From IMG/VR virus record IMGVR_UViG_3300042901_000675: a stretch of 64,000 bases of DNA. One strand, given 5' to 3'. Numbering within the stretch: the stretch's first letter is position 1; each line of letters begins with the position of its first letter. The stretch is from an uncultured virus (IMG/VR IMGVR_UViG_3300042901_000675) (taxonomy: Duplodnaviria > Heunggongvirae > Uroviricota > Caudoviricetes). Positions 1-6,891 of the stretch are shown piece by piece. Position numbers and translations under genes: made by a program. The notes below the pieces were generated by a model. The model was not told where the DNA came from. It was given only the letters and a program-made list of their open reading frames with translations, and did no database searches.

Positions 1-144
1 CCAACCGGAGTCGAGAACGCTGTACAGGAACGCGGAGCGTGCAGGGAGGTTAGCAGGCAGGTCGAGCAGAATCGCGGAGAGCGGCAAAGTCGAGGCTTGG
101 AGGTGGAAGTGGATCGGACGGGTGGAGGTGGTGTTCTGTAGCAC
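1..144 (-). CDS. Small hypothetical protein of the GC-rich cassette array, partial (runs off the left edge)
   Basis: Not in the ORF track. GTG at 144-142 lies 6 nt after TACAAT of the inverted promoter copy; the frame is open to position 1 (MLQNTTSTRPIHFHLQAS...). Confidence 0.55.
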   Translation of the reverse strand, partial: MLQNTTSTRPIHFHLQASTLPLSAILLDLPANLPARSAFLYSVLDSGW

Positions 145-148
145 GAGT

Positions 149-254
149 GTATTGTACGATACTTTGTTGTGACTGCAGAGGGGGAGCACAAATAAATATA
201 GATAAATTGGTGACGGCCTGCGGCCTGCAGTCACAACAAAGTATCGTACAATAC
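149..254. promoter_or_regulatory. Divergent promoter pair forming a perfect 30-bp inverted repeat
   Basis: 149-178 is the exact reverse complement of 225-254 (CTGCAGTCACAACAAAGTATCGTACAATAC). An AT-rich tract (190-208) lies between them and each copy points at a start codon. Confidence 0.8.
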
Positions 255-258
255 CGCC

Positions 259-459
259 ATGCACCCAAAGAACTACATACCCTCAGAATGGAAAGTCAAT
301 CAGGACAATATCGCTGCGCTGCACGCTCGCATCAACAAATTGGAGGCCGAGGTGGCCGCATTGAAGTTTGCCGCGATGACTCAGCAGGAACTCGACCAAC
401 TCGCTGAGAACCTGGCCGATAACGATGCATTCTGCGAAACCCTGCGCTGCAACAAATAA
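259..459 (+). CDS. Small coiled-coil hypothetical protein (66 aa)
   Basis: ATG 6 nt after TACAAT (247-252); heptad-like segment LHARINKLEAEVAAL. Confidence 0.65.
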   Translation: MHPKNYIPSEWKVNQDNIAALHARINKLEAEVAALKFAAMTQQELDQLAENLADNDAFCETLRCNK

Positions 460-474
460 ATTTCACCCCCTGCG

Positions 475-502
475 CTGCAGTCACGACAAGATCGAGTACA
501 AT
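475..502 (+). promoter_or_regulatory. Cassette promoter CTGCAG-N16-TACAAT
   Basis: CTGCAGTCACGACAA at 475 and TACAAT at 497-502, same spacing as the other copies; AATAAATTT tract upstream. Confidence 0.75.
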
Positions 503-508
503 ACCGAC

Positions 509-805
509 ATGGCAAACACCACCACCACCGTCAATCACTCAGACCTACCCTGCACCTGCACGAGCATGGATCAATACGTAGACGGGCTATGCCCCGGATG
601 CACCGAAGCCGCAGACCGCGATGCGGACTTGAAGGAACACTTGGACGCACAGGCGGATCGTGAGTCATGCGAGGGTGCCTGTGATGCAGGTCCCGCCTGC
701 CACGATGAGGATGAACCCCGCGAAGGGGATGATGACCGCTACTACAGCGGTACAGGCGAACGGATGGACGACGAGTCATACGAACGCTACCTGAACCGCG
801 GATAA
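509..805 (+). CDS. Small acidic Cys-motif hypothetical protein (98 aa)
   Basis: Start re-called at ATG 509 (6 nt after the -10) within ORF 425..805. CTC...CPGC motif and Asp/Glu-rich C-terminus. Confidence 0.65.
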   Translation: MANTTTTVNHSDLPCTCTSMDQYVDGLCPGCTEAADRDADLKEHLDAQADRESCEGACDAGPACHDEDEPREGDDDRYYSGTGERMDDESYERYLNRG

Positions 806-827
806 CCCTCGAGGGAGGGAAGGGAAC

Positions 828-855
828 CAACAGCCCCCCGAAAGGGGGGCTGTTG
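828..855 (+). terminator. GC-rich hairpin, probable terminator
   Basis: CAACAGCCCCCC-GAAA-GGGGGGCTGTTG, a 12-bp perfect stem after the ORF; weak U-tract. Confidence 0.65.
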
Positions 856-922
856 CCTGTGTTTGCCAGGTGGGGCCAGGTTTGCCAGGTTACGCGAATA
901 TAAATTTATTCGTGCTGCTATG

Positions 923-950
923 CTGCAGTCACGACAAATTCGTGTATAAT
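923..950 (+). promoter_or_regulatory. Cassette promoter CTGCAG-N16-TATAAT
   Basis: CTGCAGTCACGACAA at 923 and TATAAT at 945-950; AATATAAATTTATT upstream. Confidence 0.75.
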
Positions 951-956
951 TCTCGT

Positions 957-1214
957 ATGAGCTGCACCAACGCCAATAACGATCAAACTCCTCGCACCTG
1001 CACACTGGGTTCCGCTGCATGCGCCTGCCCTGCCTGTTGGGATAGGGAGGTTGAAGCTATGGAACGCGAGAAGATGCGGTATGACATGCACGATGTGTGG
1101 GGGGACGATAGCGACATCGACCCGCCATTCGACTACTCCACGCCCGAGGATGACTCGGACCGCAATGGCGGGGGCGATTACCGTAAGGGGTACGAACCAC
1201 CCGAGGTGCAATGA
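957..1214 (+). CDS. Small acidic Cys-motif hypothetical protein (85 aa)
   Basis: Start re-called at ATG 957 (6 nt after TATAAT) within ORF 870..1214. TCT...CACPAC motif and Asp-rich C-terminus. Confidence 0.65.
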   Translation: MSCTNANNDQTPRTCTLGSAACACPACWDREVEAMEREKMRYDMHDVWGDDSDIDPPFDYSTPEDDSDRNGGGDYRKGYEPPEVQ

Positions 1215-1220
1215 GTGACT

Positions 1221-1254
1221 CAACACAGCCCCGCAAGGGGCTGTGTTGTTTATT
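1221..1254 (+). terminator. Rho-independent terminator
   Basis: CAACACAGCCCC-GCAA-GGGGCTGTGTTG followed by TTTATT. Confidence 0.8.
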
Positions 1255-1361
1255 AAATAAATTTAAATTATTATTTGTGAGAATTTCAGAGTGTCCAAAC
1301 AGTGAATTTGGGCACTTTATTATTACCGGACATGGGTTCGGCTAGATAGGACACAAATTTT

Positions 1362-1460
1362 CTCAAATATCTTCAAAACACCTCATATGCCTTAAAATTT
1401 TTGCAGGGGGTAAACACTCAAATACCTCAAAGTACACCATATGCCTCAAAATTTTTTTGG
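1362..1460. repeat. Two imperfect ~43-bp direct repeats in non-coding DNA
   Basis: CTCAAATA..TCAAA..ACAC..CATATGCCT(T/C)AAAATTTTT at 1362-1404 and 1417-1460. Confidence 0.7.
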
Positions 1461-1509
1461 GCACAGATACCTACCAAAAGGTCACCCTAAATACTTCTAA
1501 GGAGATACT

Positions 1510-1668
1510 ATGCTAGAAAAAATTAAAAAGTTTGTTAAGAATGTGCCACTTATCGGTTGGGTTGTCGTTGGAGTAGTTCTTGCTGCTCTTGTTATCTTTA
1601 AGGTCTCGGAAGCCAAGGGACATCCTGGTTATCCTCAAGAGACTTCGGTAGTTGCTCCTGCCAAGTAA
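1510..1668 (+). CDS. Small single-pass membrane protein (52 aa)
   Basis: Below the ORF-track cutoff. MLEKIKKFVKNVPLIGWVVVGVVLAALVIFKV...; AAGGAG RBS and CTAAATA late-type promoter upstream. Confidence 0.75.
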   Translation: MLEKIKKFVKNVPLIGWVVVGVVLAALVIFKVSEAKGHPGYPQETSVVAPAK

Positions 1669-1673
1669 CTGAA

Positions 1674-1802
1674 AGGGCTCTATATAGCCCTACGATTGGT
1701 TATAAGGGGTTCTGATTCATTATCTGAGTCAGAACCCCTTATGTATTGTGAAAGCCTTTAAAAGACTTTATAAAAAAAATCTGAACCCTTTAGGATTCAG
1801 AT
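1674..1802. terminator. Cluster of three hairpins between convergent genes
   Basis: Stems at 1674-1691, 1702-1742 (18 bp, one G-T pair) and about 1779-1802. Confidence 0.6.
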
Positions 1803-1827
1803 CTTTATTCAAAAATTTTAAATTATC

Positions 1828-2544
1828 TTAACCCTTAAAGTCGGGATGGTAAGTACGGAATTCACGAGCATCGTGCTTGTTGTTCCAATCTACAGGCATT
1901 ACATCTCTAATTTCATGATCTGGATTGGCACTATCAACTTCAAATGTTTTTGGAGCCTCTCCCGGATCTTCATTGTCCCATGCCCATTGTGCTGCACTAT
2001 TGAATGTATAATGCTTACCATCTTCACCTTGTGCAATAAATCTTGCACCTTCACCAGTTTGATTATATGCACTTCCACTGACACGATCTATAATTGAAAG
2101 TTTCATTCCCTTTGGTTTGGATTCTTCAACTACTCTTCTCATCTCGCTCTTGTAGACCTTAAGCGGTCTTCCAGTTCTATAAATGTTATTTTTGTCTGCA
2201 TCATCATCTGCAAGTTCATGTGCATGAGTAATTTCAGTTTCTTTGGATACTCCGACAATAGCTCTACCAGGTTCAACATCGACTTGTCTTCCACGTTTCT
2301 TACCTTTTCCTTTTGCAAGACGGCCTTGAAGCGTAGGATGATATTCTCCTTCATCTCTTTCTGCATCATCAATAATTACATCTTCAGTTTCTTTTGCTTT
2401 TTCAAGTAATTGGTGTAGATGATTAACTTTTGTTTGAAGTTGTTCCGATAAATTTTTGTAATGTTGTGTTAGGTAATTCATAGTTGCATTGTCCTGTAAA
2501 TTTGGAAGATTGTGAAAGTCGTTCGGGAAAAATGAGTATGCCAT
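1828..2544 (-). CDS. Hypothetical protein, possible internal head protein
   Basis: Long ORF. Start either at 2544 (5 nt after TATAAATA) or at 2481 (MNYLTQHYKNLSEQL, AGGA upstream). Highly charged. Confidence 0.65.
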   Translation of the reverse strand: MAYSFFPNDFHNLPNLQDNATMNYLTQHYKNLSEQLQTKVNHLHQLLEKAKETEDVIIDDAERDEGEYHPTLQGRLAKGKGKKRGRQVDVEPGRAIVGVSKETEITHAHELADDDADKNNIYRTGRPLKVYKSEMRRVVEESKPKGMKLSIIDRVSGSAYNQTGEGARFIAQGEDGKHYTFNSAAQWAWDNEDPGEAPKTFEVDSANPDHEIRDVMPVDWNNKHDAREFRTYHPDFKG

Positions 2545-2595
2545 AAAATTATTTATAAAACCAAACAAACCCGAAAAAAACGAATAAATAGATGT

Positions 2596-2805
2596 ATGAG
2601 AAATAATAAACCTCTTAGTTTAGAAGATACTATTCGTGCTGTCCATAATCAGCACAAAAATCGTCCAAGTCCACTCTTAATGATTCAAGAAGACAGTAAT
2701 ATTCATATGAGTCCTACTCAGGTTCCAGATAACATGAGACAGGCTCCAAATATTCGAGATCAACTCTTGAATAATTTTATACCAACAAATTCTAGATTTA
2801 GTTAA
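2596..2805 (+). CDS. Hypothetical protein (69 aa)
   Basis: ORF with TAAATA 5 nt upstream of the ATG. Confidence 0.6.
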   Translation: MRNNKPLSLEDTIRAVHNQHKNRPSPLLMIQEDSNIHMSPTQVPDNMRQAPNIRDQLLNNFIPTNSRFS

Positions 2806-2934
2806 TATACTCTAAGAGACTCTATAGTACTAGTACTTTAAAGTTACTTAAGATATTCTTTTATATATTCTTTTATAGTTTACTTTATAGTTCTCTAGAG
2901 AACTTAGTCCCTCTAACAACTTAAAGTTTCTGTA

Positions 2935-2962
2935 AGTATATCAACTGAACTTTAAGAGTCAA
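2935..2962 (-). promoter_or_regulatory. Sigma70-type promoter firing into a non-coding palindrome-rich tract
   Basis: Minus strand TTGACT-N16-TATACT with TG one base before the -10; no ORF downstream. Confidence 0.6.
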
Positions 2963-2974
2963 ATAAATAATAAT

Positions 2975-3217
2975 ATGATTCTTGAAAAAAGCAAATTGCT
3001 TAAAACTTTCTATACTCTGACCATGGAAGACAATGGTCCAAAGACTTTATCTGAGTTAATCTGTAAAATTGCTGTCAAGAAGAAGGAACCCTTTGCTCAA
3101 ATTTTTGTACTGATTCCTCCTCCTTATATGCAGGCAGTTATGGAATACATACAAACTACAAAATTAAAAGTAAAAAATGTGGTTAGCGATAATCAAAATT
3201 ACATACTGGAGTTCTAA
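2975..3217 (+). CDS. Hypothetical protein (80 aa)
   Basis: ORF with TAAATA 5 nt upstream; TAATG coupling to the next gene. Confidence 0.65.
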   Translation: MILEKSKLLKTFYTLTMEDNGPKTLSELICKIAVKKKEPFAQIFVLIPPPYMQAVMEYIQTTKLKVKNVVSDNQNYILEF

Positions 3218-3789
3218 TGGCAGAAGATAAAGAATTAAGTTTTAATGAGCAGATTCTTAATCAACTTTTAAGTTCTAGTATTAGTTCTAGTAAATTACAG
3301 ACTTTATATCGGGGTTCAGATCTACAAAAAGAAACATATGCGTCACTAGAAAATGATGATCTTGCTTATAAGCAATTTATTACACGTACATATGGTTCAT
3401 ATGAAAATTATCTTACACAAAACAAAATTAATCAAAATGTCAATGTTTATGATCCAATGACAGATTATATCATGGATGTTACTGTTATTACCAAAGATAC
3501 TTCATACAAAACAGATCACATTTCTACACAAGAAGTTATAATGGAAAATTTAACAGGTGTTTGTACTGTGTATTTTAATAAAAAATCAAATGGTGCATCT
3601 AGACGTTTAACATGTACATTGGAACAAAATAGTATTCCTACATCTCAATCAAATACAAGACAAAATTTCTTTTCTCCACAAAAAGGTGATCGTGTAGTTG
3701 TATGGGATTTGAATGCTCAAGGTTGGAAATCCTTTTATATGTCTTCGGTTATTAAATTTATTCGTGATGACACAACTGGATTACAATAA
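3217..3789 (+). CDS. Protein with C-terminal WYL_2/SH3-like beta-barrel
   Basis: VYFNKKSNGASRRLTCTL...VVWDLNAQGWKSF matches the WYL_2 pattern common in T4-like phages. Confidence 0.7.
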   Translation: MAEDKELSFNEQILNQLLSSSISSSKLQTLYRGSDLQKETYASLENDDLAYKQFITRTYGSYENYLTQNKINQNVNVYDPMTDYIMDVTVITKDTSYKTDHISTQEVIMENLTGVCTVYFNKKSNGASRRLTCTLEQNSIPTSQSNTRQNFFSPQKGDRVVVWDLNAQGWKSFYMSSVIKFIRDDTTGLQ

Positions 3790-3800
3790 ATAATAATATC

Positions 3801-3980
3801 ATGTCCACCGAAGAGCAAAAACGAGTTGACCATCTGTATGCAATACTCTTTCGTGAGTCAAAGATTATCATTTCTAGTTACGAAAAATATTTAAAAGAAA
3901 AACTTACGTCTAAAGAGTTAGCACAAAAGATGTTAAGTCTTCGAGATGCAGTACTTCGTATAGAAGACTCAAATAAATAA
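3801..3980 (+). CDS. Hypothetical protein (59 aa)
   Basis: Below the track cutoff. MSTEEQKRVDHLYAILFRESK...; fills the gap exactly; TAAATA upstream. Confidence 0.65.
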   Translation: MSTEEQKRVDHLYAILFRESKIIISSYEKYLKEKLTSKELAQKMLSLRDAVLRIEDSNK

Positions 3981-4008
3981 TTGACATATATTGTGTTGGT
4001 GATATACT
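3981..4008 (+). promoter_or_regulatory. Sigma70-type promoter of guaC (leaderless geometry)
   Basis: TTGACA-N16-TATACT with extended TG; ATG 7 nt downstream. Confidence 0.75.
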
Positions 4009-4015
4009 AACGCAG

Positions 4016-5050
4016 ATGACTATCAATTACGAACCAAAACTCGATTATTCTGATGTTCTGATTGTTCCACAACTTTCTGATGTAAAATCTCGAAACGATG
4101 TAAGTTTAGAAGTTTCAACAACTTTTAAATGTGGTCGAGTTTGGAAAGGTACGCCCGTCATGGCTGCTAACATGTCTACCATTGGTACACATGAGATGGC
4201 ACTGGCTCTTTCTAAGTATGGCATGGTAACTTGTCTTAAAAAAGGTTTTGATTATTATGATTCCTTTGTAAAGCAATATGCCGATAAAGAACATAATGTT
4301 GCACTTAGTTTAGGATTAGATGCACAAAGTAAATTGTGGCTCGATACACCATCCACAAATGACCCAACGTTTATTTGCTTAGATGTAGCAAATGGTTATA
4401 TGAAAGAGTTTCATTCTTTTGTTAGAAAGGTAAGAGAGAAATGTCCAACGTCGATAATTGTAGCAGGGAATGTAGTGACACCAGACGGAGTGTCGGCATT
4501 AGCGGAATCGGGTGCAGACCTCGTGAAGGTGGGAATCGGAGCCGGGTCAATGTGCTTGACACGGAGAATAGCGGGAGTGGGATACCCCCAGTTGTCCGCA
4601 GTCGTAGAGTGTGCGGAAACCGCAGCAGCATTAGATATTGGGATCGTTGCTGATGGTGGAGTAGTTCACTCCGGAGATATTGCAAAAGCATTCGTTGCCG
4701 GTGCAGCATTTGTTATGGTTGGTGGAATGTTTGCGGGGCACGATGAGTGTGGTGGTGAAATTCGTCATAAAGAGCATGGACAGCTCACAATGTTGCATTA
4801 TGGAATGAGCAGCAAAACTGCAAATGACAAATACAATGGTGGTCTATCCACATATCGTGCGTCAGAGGGACGCACAGTGGAGGTTCCTTACCGTGGACCT
4901 GTATACAATACGATACAAGAAATTCTTGGTGGTTTGCGCTCGGCTTGTTCTTATGTTGGTGCTTTTGATTTGCCTTCTCTATACTCCAATGGTACATTGG
5001 TAAAGGTTAATCGTACAATCAATAACATTTTTGAAGAGAATGAAATATGA
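4016..5050 (+). CDS. guaC: GMP reductase
   Basis: LDYSDVLIVP, ICLDVANGY, KVGIGAGSMCLTR (catalytic Cys), GVGYPQLSAV, YRASEG; no CBS domains. Confidence 0.92.
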   Translation: MTINYEPKLDYSDVLIVPQLSDVKSRNDVSLEVSTTFKCGRVWKGTPVMAANMSTIGTHEMALALSKYGMVTCLKKGFDYYDSFVKQYADKEHNVALSLGLDAQSKLWLDTPSTNDPTFICLDVANGYMKEFHSFVRKVREKCPTSIIVAGNVVTPDGVSALAESGADLVKVGIGAGSMCLTRRIAGVGYPQLSAVVECAETAAALDIGIVADGGVVHSGDIAKAFVAGAAFVMVGGMFAGHDECGGEIRHKEHGQLTMLHYGMSSKTANDKYNGGLSTYRASEGRTVEVPYRGPVYNTIQEILGGLRSACSYVGAFDLPSLYSNGTLVKVNRTINNIFEENEI

Positions 5051-5559
5051 ATATTTTTGTTTTAGATAAAGATCCGTATGTTGCTGCTCAAATGCTTTGT
5101 GATTCTCATGTCTGTAAAATGATTCTTGAAGGATGTCAGATGCTTTCAACAGTTCATTCTTTAGATATAGTGCAAGGCAACAAACCAGAATTATATAAAC
5201 CATGTTTTCACAATCATCCATGTACTATTTGGGCAAGAGCATCTAAGTCCAATTATTATTGGTTAGCCAATCATACATATGAATTAACTAATGAATATAC
5301 TAGCCGTTATGGTAAAATCCATAAGTCTACTAGTATGTCACATTGGTTTACTAAAAATGCACCAAGTAATCTTCCTAATACTATTTGTACTGACTTTGCA
5401 CAAGCAATGCCAGAACAATATAAGAACGCTGATGGTGTAGCCGCATATCGAGCGTATTATCTTGGAGAGAAAGCCAGGTTTGCTAAGTGGAAACTTGGTA
5501 ATGCACCTGAGTGGTTTACTTCGCAGGTTTCTTCTGACGAGTTGGTTCAGACACCATAG
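5047..5559 (+). CDS. Pyrimidine-dimer DNA glycosylase/endonuclease V family protein
   Basis: MNIFVLD..., HVCKMILE, NHPCTIWAR, FAQAMP, AYRAYY motifs. Confidence 0.8.
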   Translation: MNIFVLDKDPYVAAQMLCDSHVCKMILEGCQMLSTVHSLDIVQGNKPELYKPCFHNHPCTIWARASKSNYYWLANHTYELTNEYTSRYGKIHKSTSMSHWFTKNAPSNLPNTICTDFAQAMPEQYKNADGVAAYRAYYLGEKARFAKWKLGNAPEWFTSQVSSDELVQTP

Positions 5560-6112
5560 CATCTGATAATGCTTTCATTCTTGCAGCAATACCAGTTTTT
5601 TCTTTTACAGACTTCCTGTAATCAGATGCATTTAAAAATTCTTTACCTGCTTCAGCAAAGTTGCCAGAATTCAAATGTTTCAATGCCGTTGGTGATTTAC
5701 CTAACATTCCTCTAAATTGTTCTGATGCAAGTTGAGACTGCAATTCAGGAGAATATGTTTCAAACTTTGGAACAAGTTTTTTTACTTGCGGAAGTCTTTT
5801 AGTAACATCTCGTGCTAACAATCTATCAGCCTGTTCAGGTGTCATTCTTCCACCTTTACGCAAAACACTAGATCCAAAATTTGGATCTTTTTTGTGTTCT
5901 TCTGGAAAAACTTCTTTAAAAATTTCTTCTGATTGTTGTGTAACTAGATGTCCGTGACCAATGGTATCTAAATTTTTACTATCTTTATATACACCTAGAA
6001 TTTTTTCTTCATTTCCTGCAGACTCATATTCTTTAATAACCTTGCATATTCCATTAATATCGCATTGTACATTTTGATTTTCTTCTGCCAAATATTGTTT
6101 AAATGTTTTCAT
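5516..6112 (-). CDS. T4-type lysozyme (GH24-like) with an N-terminal capsid-targeting-like peptide
   Basis: E...VYKDSKNLDTIGHGHL resembles T4 lysozyme E11/D20/T26-IGIGHL. Start re-called at MKTFKQYLAEE. Confidence 0.75.
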   Translation of the reverse strand: MKTFKQYLAEENQNVQCDINGICKVIKEYESAGNEEKILGVYKDSKNLDTIGHGHLVTQQSEEIFKEVFPEEHKKDPNFGSSVLRKGGRMTPEQADRLLARDVTKRLPQVKKLVPKFETYSPELQSQLASEQFRGMLGKSPTALKHLNSGNFAEAGKEFLNASDYRKSVKEKTGIAARMKALSDAMVSEPTRQKKPAK

Positions 6113-6174
6113 ATTATTGTTGCTTGCTATTAGTAATAAGAGTGATATAATTATATTATACAAAGGAACCCACT

Positions 6175-6486
6175 ATGAGTAATGTAAAAATATTTAGACT
6201 TAATTCTGGCGAAGAGATTTTATCACGGTTTACTGAAAATGAAACATCGTGGACTTTAAAGGATCCTGCAATTCTTGTACCTATGCAACAAGGTCAAATT
6301 GGTCTTATGCCTTGGATGATGTATAGCAAGGCTGCAAAGGGTGTAACAATTCCTAATGCATTTATTGCCTTTACGGTTGAGCCACTTGATGAACTCAAGG
6401 CTCAGTATGATAGTAGTCTCAATAAGGGAATTATTACTTCTGCTAAGGGAGTGGATCCACTCTCCCAGCTAAAGTTATCTGTGTAA
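6175..6486 (+). CDS. Sm-like fold phage protein
   Basis: VKIFRLNSGEEIL...LKDPAIL...LMPW pattern; TTGCTA-N16-TATAAT promoter and AAGGA RBS upstream. Confidence 0.65.
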   Translation: MSNVKIFRLNSGEEILSRFTENETSWTLKDPAILVPMQQGQIGLMPWMMYSKAAKGVTIPNAFIAFTVEPLDELKAQYDSSLNKGIITSAKGVDPLSQLKLSV

Positions 6487-6489
6487 ATT

Positions 6490-6864
6490 ATGAATATAGA
6501 TCATGTGATTGAAAATTTTGTTCCTATTGCCAAGCCACTTTCGATGGCAATGGAGAGACAAAAGAAGCATATCTCATTAGTAATCTATAAGCGGAAAATT
6601 ATCGCGGTGGGTCAGAATGTATTTAAGACCCACCCCGATACTTTTCGTTTGGGATACCGTGGTTCTGATATGCACTCAGAACTCGATGCCTACCGAAAAA
6701 TTCCAAAATCGTTAAGAGGAGAAAAATTAACTCTTCTTAATTTTCGTTTTAATAGATTTGGTAACTATAGAAATTCTAAGCCCTGTCCAGTGTGTGCCAA
6801 GTGGTGCAACGAAGCTTTTCATAAAATATACTACACCGATGATGAGGGTGTACATATTCTATAA
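6490..6864 (+). CDS. CMP/dCMP-type zinc-dependent deaminase
   Basis: HSE and PCPVC zinc motifs, IIAVGQN, KIYY. Confidence 0.8.
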   Translation: MNIDHVIENFVPIAKPLSMAMERQKKHISLVIYKRKIIAVGQNVFKTHPDTFRLGYRGSDMHSELDAYRKIPKSLRGEKLTLLNFRFNRFGNYRNSKPCPVCAKWCNEAFHKIYYTDDEGVHIL

Positions 6865-6891
6865 ATATTAAGTTCGTAAGGGTGATTATCT

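Noticed and set aside
149..950. Repeated CTGCAGTCAC motif as a CRISPR array or integron attC sites
   Set aside because: Copies are hundreds of bases apart, lie on both strands and each precedes a -10 box and start codon. No cas or integrase gene is in the window.
50..1226. Overlapping alternative ORFs in the GC-rich island (50..268, 147..407, 332..538, 531..830, 787..1020, 918..1226)
   Set aside because: They cross promoters and terminators and are expected by chance at high GC. The promoter-aligned frames explain the region better.
6113..6163. Hydrophobic N-terminal extension of the lysozyme as a signal peptide or SAR domain
   Set aside because: It overlaps the divergent gene's promoter and starts at a weak codon. 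The internal MKTFKQYLAE start is preferred, though the longer form is not fully excluded.
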